58,271 bases of DNA from an uncultured Caulobacterales bacterium (GTDB lineage: Bacteria; Pseudomonadota; Alphaproteobacteria; Caulobacterales; Maricaulaceae). The position numbers and the translations under genes were made by a program. The stretch is from NCBI GenBank assembly GCA_937965735.1, contig CALCKU010000033.1, forward strand, positions 1-58,271, read 5' to 3'. Every line of letters starts with the position of its first letter. The first letter of the stretch is position 1. A model generated the notes under the pieces. It was not told where the DNA came from, searched no databases, and saw only the letters and a list, made by a program, of their open reading frames with translations. Below, piece after piece: positions 21,594 through 30,137 of this stretch.

Positions 21594-21618
21594 GGGATTT
21601 TTCAAATTTCTAATGAAA

Positions 21619-22410
21619 TTATGCACTATGTGTGGCATCCGCCAGCGACTTTACGAGCGCGAGTGCGGCCTCTGGCCCGTCCTCATGCAGGGTTTTGACA
21701 ATTGCTGAACCAACGACAACACCGTCTGCCTCTTTGGCGATAGCTTTCGCTTGTTGCGGTGTTTTCACACCAAAACCGACGACCACAGGTAAGCCACTGG
21801 CTTTTTTAATGCGACTCACTGCGTCTGAAACCGCTGCCTGTTGACCTAATGCTTTACCCGTAATGCCTGCAACAGAAACGTAATAGACAAATCCCTTTGT
21901 GCCTTGGACGACACGCGGCAGACGTTTATCATCCGTAGTCGGGGTTGCAAGACGGATGAGCGCTAAATCTTGTTGTTCAAAAGCTGTGCGCAAATCCATG
22001 TCTTCTTCGGGCGGTAAGTCCACGATAATCGCGCCGTCTACGCCGGAGGCTTTAGCCGCCTTTGCAAAGTTTTCATAACCCATATGATGAACAGGGTTGC
22101 AATACCCCATAATGATAATGGGCGTTGTATCATTCGTGTGTCGGAACGCTTTGGCCATCTCTAAAACCGTGGTCAGCGTTGTGCCCGCTTTGAGTGAGCG
22201 CAAACCTGCCTCTTCAATGGTTGGGCCATCTGCGGCGGGATCGGTGAACGGCATGCCCAGTTCGATAATATCTACGCCATTGTCGGGTAGGGCTTTGAGG
22301 ACGGTTTGCGATGTTTCTCGGTCTGGATCTCCGCCCATAATATAGGCCACAAAGGCGGCTTTGTTTTGCGCTTTAAGGGTCGAAAACGTGGTGTCTATAC
22401 GGTGTGTCAT
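21619..22410 (-). CDS. trpA: Tryptophan synthase alpha chain
   Basis: 263 aa with GDPD, DIIELGMPFTDPAADGPTI and VSVAGITG. Confidence 0.9.
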   Translation of the reverse strand: MTHRIDTTFSTLKAQNKAAFVAYIMGGDPDRETSQTVLKALPDNGVDIIELGMPFTDPAADGPTIEEAGLRSLKAGTTLTTVLEMAKAFRHTNDTTPIIIMGYCNPVHHMGYENFAKAAKASGVDGAIIVDLPPEEDMDLRTAFEQQDLALIRLATPTTDDKRLPRVVQGTKGFVYYVSVAGITGKALGQQAAVSDAVSRIKKASGLPVVVGFGVKTPQQAKAIAKEADGVVVGSAIVKTLHEDGPEAALALVKSLADATHSA

Positions 22411-22507
22411 AAGGGCTAGCTTTTAGGAGTCTAAGCGAGCTTTGACCAGTAAAAACATGAGTAGAAAAATATTGTCGAAAAATAAAAAATCAAAAGACAC
22501 ACATAAA

Positions 22508-22554
22508 CCCGAGCCTCAGATAAATCTAAAGGATAGCAGATTTTACGGCTCGGG
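22508..22554 (-). terminator. Stem-loop followed by a T-rich tract, downstream of the entericidin-like gene
   Basis: cccgagcc ... ggctcggg outer stem with an inner aaatct/agattt stem. On the minus strand it is followed by tttatgtgtgtcttttgattttttattttt. Confidence 0.45.
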
Positions 22555-22583
22555 CTTGGTAAGGGATTCAAAAGCTGAAAGTG

Positions 22584-22727
22584 CTACTTGTTTTTAGTAA
22601 TTTCCTTCGCTTTATCACCTGCGCTTTCTAGGTCTTTTCCGACACCTTCCACCGTGTGACAAGCAGAAGCGATAAGTGTGATACCTGCAATAAGACAGGC
22701 TGTTATTTTTTTTGAGTTAATTTTCAT
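22584..22727 (-). CDS. Entericidin EcnA/B-family small lipoprotein (47 aa, below the ORF-track cutoff)
   Basis: Hand translation gives MKINSKKITACLIAGITLIASACHTVEGVGKDLESAGDKAKEITKNK. The lipobox (IASAC) followed by C-x-T-x-x-G-V-G-x-D matches E. coli EcnB (LTACNTTRGVGEDI). Confidence 0.7.
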   Translation of the reverse strand: MKINSKKITACLIAGITLIASACHTVEGVGKDLESAGDKAKEITKNK

Positions 22728-22902
22728 AAGGGCTCCAAAATTTGAGATCAGCTAATTTTATATCGATCGATCAATGCGGTTTAAGAGTCTATATTCCCAT
22801 TTTAGGAATATTTCTTACACACTATTTTGTGCCATAAAAAAGGTCGGCTTGTAAAATGAATTTGTGAATTTCGATCGGTTTATTCTGGCTTCACGTCTTG
22901 GC

Positions 22903-23574
22903 TTATTGCGGCTTTGCATCGGATAGGATTTTGACTATTTTGTAATAGGGTTCGCAAGCTTTACCATCGAACGCCGTGAGAAAAACGATTTGGCGAAAAC
23001 CATTTCTATTCTTGCGGTTTTTCACCCGCTCACCCATGACGCGGTCATCCCATATTGTAACCTCCACGGATCGTTTACAGCCTTGCGTATCCGTTTGTAC
23101 GTGGCGCGTGGTTTTGGGTTTATCGGTCGGTACTGACTTCCAACCCGCCTGACGCAAAAGAACACGGTAGCGATGGGTTATGATTTCGTGTTGTGCAATA
23201 GAGATATTAGGCCGTAATTTTTCACAGGTAAAAACAAAAAAACCGCCACTTTCCGTCAAACCTTTGTGAATTTTAGCACACCCATCAATCGGACCTGTTT
23301 CAGGAAGACGGGGTAGGTTTAGAACTTCGGGTAAAATCAAGGGCACGTTTAAGATGATTTTGGGCTGAGTGGCTTTTTTAACTTTCTGTCTTAACATCTT
23401 GGTTTTTCGGGCGGCGTCTTGCCGCTTAACGCGGGTATTTAATTCATCCGAAAGCGGGTCAATCACGCGCCGCAAAAAAATAACGTCGCGAATATTATCA
23501 GGATCCGATTGACCGAAATATACGTGATGCGAATTCATGTAAGCGCTATGACTATCAAGGGCTTGCCCGAGCAT
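22903..23574 (-). CDS. Hypothetical protein, probably exported, no recognisable domain
   Basis: 223-aa ORF with four Cys. The in-frame upstream codons (STKKGQFISIIGLITGLTASL) plus MLGQA resemble a signal peptide, but no ATG, GTG or TTG lies upstream of 23574 before the TGA. Confidence 0.55.
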   Translation of the reverse strand: MLGQALDSHSAYMNSHHVYFGQSDPDNIRDVIFLRRVIDPLSDELNTRVKRQDAARKTKMLRQKVKKATQPKIILNVPLILPEVLNLPRLPETGPIDGCAKIHKGLTESGGFFVFTCEKLRPNISIAQHEIITHRYRVLLRQAGWKSVPTDKPKTTRHVQTDTQGCKRSVEVTIWDDRVMGERVKNRKNRNGFRQIVFLTAFDGKACEPYYKIVKILSDAKPQ

Positions 23575-23684
23575 AAGGGAGGCGGTTAAGCCTGTAATGA
23601 GTCCGATAATTGAAATAAACTGGCCCTTTTTAGTGCTTCAAATTAAAATCCAAGCTGATTCTGATCCTCTCTTTCCAGATACTC

Positions 23685-24929
23685 TTACCCGTCCGTGCCT
23701 TCGCTGATATGCTCCCCCAGCGCGTCCGCAATGGTGAAGACATCTTTATCACCCCGTCCGCACATATTCATAATCATCAGCCCGTCCTTACCGATTTCTT
23801 TGGCAAGATCGAGTGTGCGGGGTATCGCATGTGATGGCTCTAGTGCAGGCAGAATGCCTTCTAGGCGCGCGCAAAGCTGGAACGCTTCAAGTGCCTCATC
23901 ATCTGTGGCACTGACATATTCGGCGCGGCCAATATCATGTAAATACGCATGTTCAGGCCCGATGCCCGGATAATCAAGACCTGCCGAGATTGAATGCGCG
24001 TCTTTGATTTGCCCGTCCTCGTCTTGTAAAAGATAGGTGCGATTGCCGTGTAAGACACCCGGTGTGCCGCCTGTCAGCGAGGCGGCATGAAGACCCGATT
24101 TGACACCTTTGCCAGCCGCCTCTACGCCGATAAGGCGCACAGATGTCTCGGGCACAAATTCATGGAATAAACCCATAGCGTTCGAGCCGCCGCCAATACA
24201 GGCGACGACGGCATCTGGCAGGCGACCCTCACGCTCGAGGATTTGGGCTTTGGCTTCGCGGCCAATAATGGCTTGAAAATCACGCACCATAGCGGGATAG
24301 GGATGGGGGCCTGCGACCGTGCCAATGCAATAGAACGTATCACCCACATTCGTGACCCAGTCGCGTAAGGCTTCATTCATAGCGTCTTTGAGTGTCGCTG
24401 TTCCTGAATGGACTGCGCGGACTTCGGCCCCTAAAAGGCGCATGCGAAAGACATTGGGTTTTTGACGCACAATATCGGTTGCGCCCATATAGACAATACA
24501 TTCAAGACCAAAACGCGCCGCGACTGTGGCCGTTGCAACGCCGTGCTGCCCTGCGCCTGTTTCGGCAATGATACGGGTTTTGCCCATACGTTTGGCCAGT
24601 AGGATTTGGCCCCTGCAATTATTGATTTTGTGCGCGCCTGTGTGGTTTAGCTCATCCCGTTTGAAATAAATCTTGGCCGCATTGCCGTTATTTTCAGTTC
24701 GGATATAGTTGGTTAGGCGTTCGGCGAAATAAAGCGGGCTGGGCCGCCCGACATAATGGGTAAAGAAGTCATCAAGCTCTGAGATAAAAGCAGGATCAGA
24801 TTTGGCTTCTGTGTAAGCGGCTTCTAACTCTAAGATTGGCGGCATAAGGGTTTCGGCAACGTAGCGTCCGCCAAAACTTCCAAATCGACCCATCTCATCG
24901 GGGTATTGTAAATTGTCCATCTTGCCCAT
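23685..24929 (-). CDS. trpB: Tryptophan synthase beta chain
   Basis: [23 protein letters not shown] (PLP lysine) and GGGSNAMG. Confidence 0.95.
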   Translation of the reverse strand: MGKMDNLQYPDEMGRFGSFGGRYVAETLMPPILELEAAYTEAKSDPAFISELDDFFTHYVGRPSPLYFAERLTNYIRTENNGNAAKIYFKRDELNHTGAHKINNCRGQILLAKRMGKTRIIAETGAGQHGVATATVAARFGLECIVYMGATDIVRQKPNVFRMRLLGAEVRAVHSGTATLKDAMNEALRDWVTNVGDTFYCIGTVAGPHPYPAMVRDFQAIIGREAKAQILEREGRLPDAVVACIGGGSNAMGLFHEFVPETSVRLIGVEAAGKGVKSGLHAASLTGGTPGVLHGNRTYLLQDEDGQIKDAHSISAGLDYPGIGPEHAYLHDIGRAEYVSATDDEALEAFQLCARLEGILPALEPSHAIPRTLDLAKEIGKDGLMIMNMCGRGDKDVFTIADALGEHISEGTDG

Positions 24930-24931
24930 GA

Positions 24932-25612
24932 TTAGCTCTCAGTTCTGTGTGCGGCTTTTATAAACCGCGCAATCTTTCCAGACTCTTTTACGCCTGCGCT
25001 TTGCTCCACGCCAGAGCTAACATCGAAAAAATTCAGGCCTGTTACTGATTTAGCGAGAGCGATATTATCGGGGTTTAATCCGCCCGCGAGTCCGATGGGC
25101 GTGGTTTGGTTCAAAGTTTTAATATGTCCCCAATCTAGTTGATGCCAATCAAATGTGAGGCCGTGCCCTCCCGCTTGGGTCACGCCCGTGGGAGCCGGCG
25201 CGTCGAGCAATATTGTGTCCACAAGCCCAACACATTTCGTGACCGCCAAAACATCAGAGGAATCTTTAATCGTCAGAGCACGAATGACAGATAAGCGTGT
25301 TTTTGTTTTTATCTGGCGGATAAAATCAGGGGAAATATTTGAGCCGTGTAATTGTATGAATTCAAAGGCCGGCAAATCAGCAATGCGAAACACTAAATCC
25401 ATTGTAGGGTTCACAGTCACAGCCACACACGGGCAGAGCCCCGTAACGGGTGCTGTGAGTTTGGCGGCAGACGCCACGCTCAAGCGCCGCGGACTTTCAG
25501 CCTCAATAATAAAGCCCAAATAATTCGCACCAAATTCAAGGGCTGTTTCAATATCGTGCGCGCGGGTTAACCCGCAAATTTTAACTTGGCTTTGCATAGT
25601 CTTTCTTATCAC
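24932..25612 (-). CDS. trpF: Phosphoribosylanthranilate isomerase
   Basis: VKICGLT, ANYLGFI....SPR, IQLHG, LLD and LAGGL pattern. Ends 2 bp upstream of the trpB start. Confidence 0.9.
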   Translation of the reverse strand: MIRKTMQSQVKICGLTRAHDIETALEFGANYLGFIIEAESPRRLSVASAAKLTAPVTGLCPCVAVTVNPTMDLVFRIADLPAFEFIQLHGSNISPDFIRQIKTKTRLSVIRALTIKDSSDVLAVTKCVGLVDTILLDAPAPTGVTQAGGHGLTFDWHQLDWGHIKTLNQTTPIGLAGGLNPDNIALAKSVTGLNFFDVSSGVEQSAGVKESGKIARFIKAAHRTES

Positions 25613-25990
25613 GCGCGCGCCGTTGGGACACCCTTTATTCCAAGTGTAATAAGTGCGGCGCTCGGCGCTGTGGCAGATATTTCTTTGGGGCAGTTAGAGG
25701 TAGGCGTCTCAAAACCCTCCCCGAATTGTAAAATTCAATTTATTTTAGACTATGGTTTATAAAGACTTAAAGGTGGGAATAGGCTTGGTATTTTGCAGGA
25801 TTCTTATAGATTTCTTGCAGATTCTCTGTTGAAGTTACGCGTCGTTTAGGGCCGCTTAAGCAATAATTGGGCCAGTTTGACGCGCGATCAAACGACTCCT
25901 TAAACATTTTCAGTTACGCCTTTGTCTCAAATAAGGGTTTGCGTTGATAAAGCCTGAGAATAATGGGCCGGTTATACGGGTAAGTTTAAG

Positions 25991-27520
25991 GTGAATATTA
26001 TGGCGATGGCGCCAAAGTTACAGGTCAAACAAAGTCAGTCATTAGTGATGACGCCGCAATTGCAACAGGCGATCAAACTGTTGCAACTCTCCAATCTAGA
26101 GCTAGCGGCATTTGTTGATGAGCAATTAGAGAGCAATCCCTTGCTTGAGCGCGGAACGGGCGATGAAAATCGTCGCGGCGAGTCTGTTGACAATAGTAAA
26201 GACGGGAATTCTGAGGGCCTGCAAGAAGTCAGCCTATCGGATACTATGGCATCATCTGATCTTGATGCGCCTATGCATGCGGTAGATACAGAGGCGTCTT
26301 CGAGTGATATAAGCCGAGAATACGGTCCGACGGCCGATGTTGGTGGTACGGTTGATTGGTCCAAAGCAGGCTCTGGAGGTTCGTTTTCGGGCAGTTCGGA
26401 TTATGACGCGGCCGCAAATACGGCGGCGGAAAAGACTTTAACGGAAGTCCTAACAGAACAACTCGTCATGTCTATACACGGCGAAAAAGAGCGTATGATT
26501 GCCAAAAACCTGATCGATCATGTGGATGAAAATGGCTATTTGCGCGCTGATTTGGCGGATATAGCTTATCGCCTCGGTGTTGATGTTGACCGTATTGAAT
26601 CTATTCTTTTGACGTTGCAAACGTTTGAGCCGACCGGTGTCTTTGCGCGATCTTTGCAAGAATGTTTAACGTTGCAATTACGCGAGCGTGATGAACTTGA
26701 TCCGCCAATGATTGCATTGGTCGATAATTTAGAACTATTAGCTAAACATGACCTCACTAAGCTTAAGAAAATTTGTAAGCTCGATGCTGAGACCCTGCAT
26801 ACTTATATCGTACGCCTACGCGCTTTAGCGCCTAAACCTGGCTTGATTTACGGCGGCGATATTGCCGCTGCGGTTGAGCCTGATGTCTATATTCGCGAGA
26901 CCCCGCAAGGCGGTTGGGCTGTTGAGCTGAATTCGGATACTTTGCCGCGTGTTCTGGTTGATAACCGTTATTTTACAGAAATTTGCGGGCAAGACGGAAA
27001 ATCCACAGACGAAGAAACCAAGACATTTATGACCGAATGTCATCAAAATGCGAGCTGGCTTGTCAAGTCTCTGGATCAACGTGCGCGTACAATTTTGAAA
27101 GTTTCAACAGAGATCGTCAAACAACAAGATGGCTTCTTTGCTTACGGGATTGACCATTTACGTCCGCTCAATTTACGCGCTGTTGCTGACGCGATTGAAA
27201 TGCATGAAAGTACGGTCAGTCGTGTAACCTCTAACAAATATATGTCCACGCCGCGTGGCTTGTTCGAGTTGAAATATTTCTTTACAGCCTCAATCCCGTC
27301 ATTAGACGGCGGGGAAGCCCATAGTTCAGAGGCCGTCCGTCATAAGATTAAAATCTTAATCGGTGAAGAAACAGAAAAAACGGTGAAATCCGATGATAAG
27401 ATCGTCGAGTTGTTAAATGCACAGGGGATCAATATTGCACGGCGCACCGTGGCCAAATACAGAGAATCTATGCAAATCCCGTCTTCGGTAGAAAGACGAC
27501 GGATTTTTAAACATGCCTAA
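25991..27520 (+). CDS. rpoN: RNA polymerase sigma-54 factor
   Basis: Region I LQVKQSQSLVMTPQLQQAIKLLQLSNLEL. HTH ...AIEMHESTVSRVTSNKYM. RpoN box ARRTVAKYRE. Confidence 0.95.
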   Translation: MNIMAMAPKLQVKQSQSLVMTPQLQQAIKLLQLSNLELAAFVDEQLESNPLLERGTGDENRRGESVDNSKDGNSEGLQEVSLSDTMASSDLDAPMHAVDTEASSSDISREYGPTADVGGTVDWSKAGSGGSFSGSSDYDAAANTAAEKTLTEVLTEQLVMSIHGEKERMIAKNLIDHVDENGYLRADLADIAYRLGVDVDRIESILLTLQTFEPTGVFARSLQECLTLQLRERDELDPPMIALVDNLELLAKHDLTKLKKICKLDAETLHTYIVRLRALAPKPGLIYGGDIAAAVEPDVYIRETPQGGWAVELNSDTLPRVLVDNRYFTEICGQDGKSTDEETKTFMTECHQNASWLVKSLDQRARTILKVSTEIVKQQDGFFAYGIDHLRPLNLRAVADAIEMHESTVSRVTSNKYMSTPRGLFELKYFFTASIPSLDGGEAHSSEAVRHKIKILIGEETEKTVKSDDKIVELLNAQGINIARRTVAKYRESMQIPSSVERRRIFKHA

Positions 27521-27607
27521 GGCCGAAACGGGCCAAAGCATGGTATGCGTTATGTAGGAAATTGACGGGCGTCCGGGTTGAATTTGGCTATGAGCTTCGT
27601 CTGAGTT

Positions 27608-28201
27608 TTAGGGTTCAGCCTGTGATGTAGGTTCGGTTGAGACCTTGGGTATATAAAGTGTTCCAAACCGTAAGATTTCTGATTCAATCGCAGTGCCGAT
27701 ACGCGTGATCTTGTATAATCGATCATATTCGGTTGGCTCATAAATTGGTGTCCCGCCCGATCCGCCTAACAGTTCAGCGAGTTGCGGCGTGGTATTTGAA
27801 TGTCCAACAATCAAGAATTGTCCGTCCCGCTTTAACAAAACATTGGCAAACCCTTCAAGGTCGCGTGGGTCATAAAGGGCAATATTGAGGTTTTGTGCGT
27901 CTGCAATCGGTTTCGCTGTATCGAGCGTACGCGTCAGATCTGTCGAAAATATTTCAGTAAAACTCACAGCGGCAAGCTCTGTTTTTAACACTTCTGCTCT
28001 TTTAAGCCCGTCTGGATTTAGTGGTGGGTTCTCAACGCCTAACACTTTTTCCGCGTGCCGCACGAGGTAATATGTCGCCGTATCCGCTGTGACAGGCGTT
28101 TGATGGGTCGAAGGCTGACATGCCATTAAAGCGACACTCGTGAAAGCCATCAAAAACGCATGTGTAATAAAGCGGAGTGTCGCGCGTTTTATGGGTTTCA
28201 T
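27608..28201 (-). CDS. Histidine phosphatase family protein (SixA/PGAM-like), exported
   Basis: Signal-like N-terminus ending MAC, RHAEK catalytic motif and GHSNT. Start overlaps the cyclophilin stop by 4 bp. Confidence 0.75.
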   Translation of the reverse strand: MKPIKRATLRFITHAFLMAFTSVALMACQPSTHQTPVTADTATYYLVRHAEKVLGVENPPLNPDGLKRAEVLKTELAAVSFTEIFSTDLTRTLDTAKPIADAQNLNIALYDPRDLEGFANVLLKRDGQFLIVGHSNTTPQLAELLGGSGGTPIYEPTEYDRLYKITRIGTAIESEILRFGTLYIPKVSTEPTSQAEP

Positions 28202-28815
28202 TTTCTATAGGCTTTCGTAATCACAACGGGGTCGGTCAAAAACTGCCCTGCGGTCACAGGGTTATTCTGAACATCGCCAATCCCAACGGCTTGTGTTTGA
28301 ATACTGCGTACCACATCCATACCTTTGACCACTGTACCAAAACTGGCATAGCCTTGCCCGTCTGGATTGCGTTCCCCGCCATAATCAAGAAATGTGTTAT
28401 CGCCAATATTGATAAAGAAAAAGGCCGCACTGCCCGTACCAGGCGCGTCTCGGGCAATTGAAACGGTACCGCTGACATTTGAAATGCCAGTTTTCGTTTC
28501 GTGTTCGATTCCTTGGGTCACGGGTAGCAGATCCGCGCGTCCACCTTGGATCAAAGACATGCCCATCTGTCTGGGATCGTTTTGCGGTGTTACAGAACGG
28601 TAGAAACTTTGTCCGTTATAGAGGCCTTCATCAACATAATATAAAAAATCCGCCGCAGAGAGTGGCGCAACATTCGGATAGACTTCAATTTCTATTGCGC
28701 CCAATTCTGTTTCTAAGATGACATTTGGCGATGTGTCCGTGCAAGCGCTCAAAAAGAGCGGCGTCAATAAGAGTGTTGCGAGTCTCTTGGTACGTGTTTT
28801 GAACGTATGGGTCAC
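28198..28815 (-). CDS. Cyclophilin-type peptidyl-prolyl isomerase, lipoprotein
   Basis: Lipobox LSAC, then FYRS, GTVSIAR...GTGSAAFFINIGDN..LD and FGTVVKGMDVV. Confidence 0.9.
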   Translation of the reverse strand: MTHTFKTRTKRLATLLLTPLFLSACTDTSPNVILETELGAIEIEVYPNVAPLSAADFLYYVDEGLYNGQSFYRSVTPQNDPRQMGMSLIQGGRADLLPVTQGIEHETKTGISNVSGTVSIARDAPGTGSAAFFFINIGDNTFLDYGGERNPDGQGYASFGTVVKGMDVVRSIQTQAVGIGDVQNNPVTAGQFLTDPVVITKAYRK

Positions 28816-28827
28816 GGCAGGGCTCTT

Positions 28828-29019
28828 TTATTTATCAGAATCAATTTCATCTTTTTTCTTATTTTTGCCAATACGGCCAGATTTAAAGCCCATATCAAGA
28901 CCGACGACTGCGATAACCCCTGCAAAGAGCGCAAAGAGCGGGTGGCGGAGGGCTGCGAGGACAACAATGCCGATGCCGATTCCAAAAATAAGAGCGTATG
29001 GGTGTAATTTATTTTTCAT
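28828..29019 (-). CDS. Small membrane protein (2 TM helices, Lys-rich tail)
   Basis: 63 aa, ALIFGIGIGIVVLAAL...LFALFAGVIAVVGL, tail KNKKKDEIDSDK. Its ATG overlaps the HNH gene stop by 4 bp. Confidence 0.5.
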   Translation of the reverse strand: MKNKLHPYALIFGIGIGIVVLAALRHPLFALFAGVIAVVGLDMGFKSGRIGKNKKKDEIDSDK

Positions 29020-29648
29020 GCTTCTAATTCAACGTCCCAGTATAGATAGTCAAGCCAACTTTTATGTAAATAATTTGGCGGGAAGCGGCGGCCCTGTGAT
29101 TGGAGTTGATGCCGAGTCGGCGCATAGGGTTTTCGCTTTGGAAACATTTGCGCGTCTTTGGGCAAACGTCCGCCTTTACGCAGGTTACAGCGTGAGCAGG
29201 CTGCGGAAATATTTGCCCATTCGGTTTTACCGCCTAGGCGTCTTGGGATGACATGATCAAAGGTCAGGTCATCGGGGCTATTACAATAGACACATTCAAA
29301 CCCATCCCGCAAAAATAAATTAAAGCGTGTAAAGGCGGGTGAACGATTTTGTGGGATGTAGTCTTTTAACGCAATTACGCTGGGTATAGGCATTTCAAAC
29401 TCAACCGAGCGCACCGTCTTCTGATAAGAATTTACAACATTGACGCGGTCAAGAAAGACAGCTTTCACGGCGTCTTGCCACGACCAGAGCGATAGGGGGA
29501 AATAAGAAAGCGGCTGATAATCCGCGTTGAGCACTAGACACGGAAATGTACCCGAACGCACAGTTTCGGGCATGGGTAAAGTCTCGGCCCTGTTTTCAGG
29601 TAATTTCGGGGGTGATTTTTGCGGTAAGTTTGGGTCAAATGTTCCCAT
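29016..29648 (-). CDS. HNH endonuclease
   Basis: CVYCNSPDDLTFDHVIPRRLGGKTEWANISAACSRCNLRKG, which is an HNH motif with a CxxC...CxxC zinc site. Confidence 0.8.
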   Translation of the reverse strand: MGTFDPNLPQKSPPKLPENRAETLPMPETVRSGTFPCLVLNADYQPLSYFPLSLWSWQDAVKAVFLDRVNVVNSYQKTVRSVEFEMPIPSVIALKDYIPQNRSPAFTRFNLFLRDGFECVYCNSPDDLTFDHVIPRRLGGKTEWANISAACSRCNLRKGGRLPKDAQMFPKRKPYAPTRHQLQSQGRRFPPNYLHKSWLDYLYWDVELEA

Positions 29649-30137
29649 AGTCCTATACCCCGCCTTTTAAAAATACGGCCAATAAAAACATGGCTTGCAA
29701 AGGTATAGGGAAACCGCATTTTTCATAAAACACGATTTCAGAGGGGTGCGGTGCTAAATTAAGGCGCGCTGTTCTCTTATTCCAAGCGTTTTCCTTTTCA
29801 GAGGCAATCATATTTAAATTCAACACATGACTTTTGAAAGCACACTCCCTCAACGCATTAGACCTATTCGTTTCAGTCTAGCGCACTTAAAGTCGCCATG
29901 ACAAGCGGGGCCTGAGGTCATCCTTAGTATAAACCGGTAAAAACAGGGCTTTATATCTGTACGGGTCTCTCTGCATGTCTCTATAAAGCCGTAACGCTTT
30001 TTGTAAAAATTCTTATTGGGGGTGTGCAACCGATAAAGATGTCTATCCGTCAATCCGGACATAATCACATATACGGGGTTTTTATGCGGGCAATCCCCTT
30101 TCAAATACTGTGAGTTTTAGTCGAAAATTTACATACA

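Noticed and set aside
22457-22594. Roughly 45-codon plus-strand ORF (MSRKILSKNKKSKDTHKPEPQ...) between trpA and the entericidin-like gene
   Set aside because: It is low-complexity and Lys-rich, and it overlaps the terminator hairpin and the 3' end of the entericidin-like gene. It is most likely a by-product of A-rich spacer sequence.
25613-25990. Sigma-54 or other specific promoter motifs in the 378-bp rpoN/trpF divergent spacer (e.g. tggtattttgca, tggcagatatt)
   Set aside because: The GG/GC spacing does not fit the -24/-12 consensus. Nothing stands out beyond generic AT-rich promoter-like sequence.
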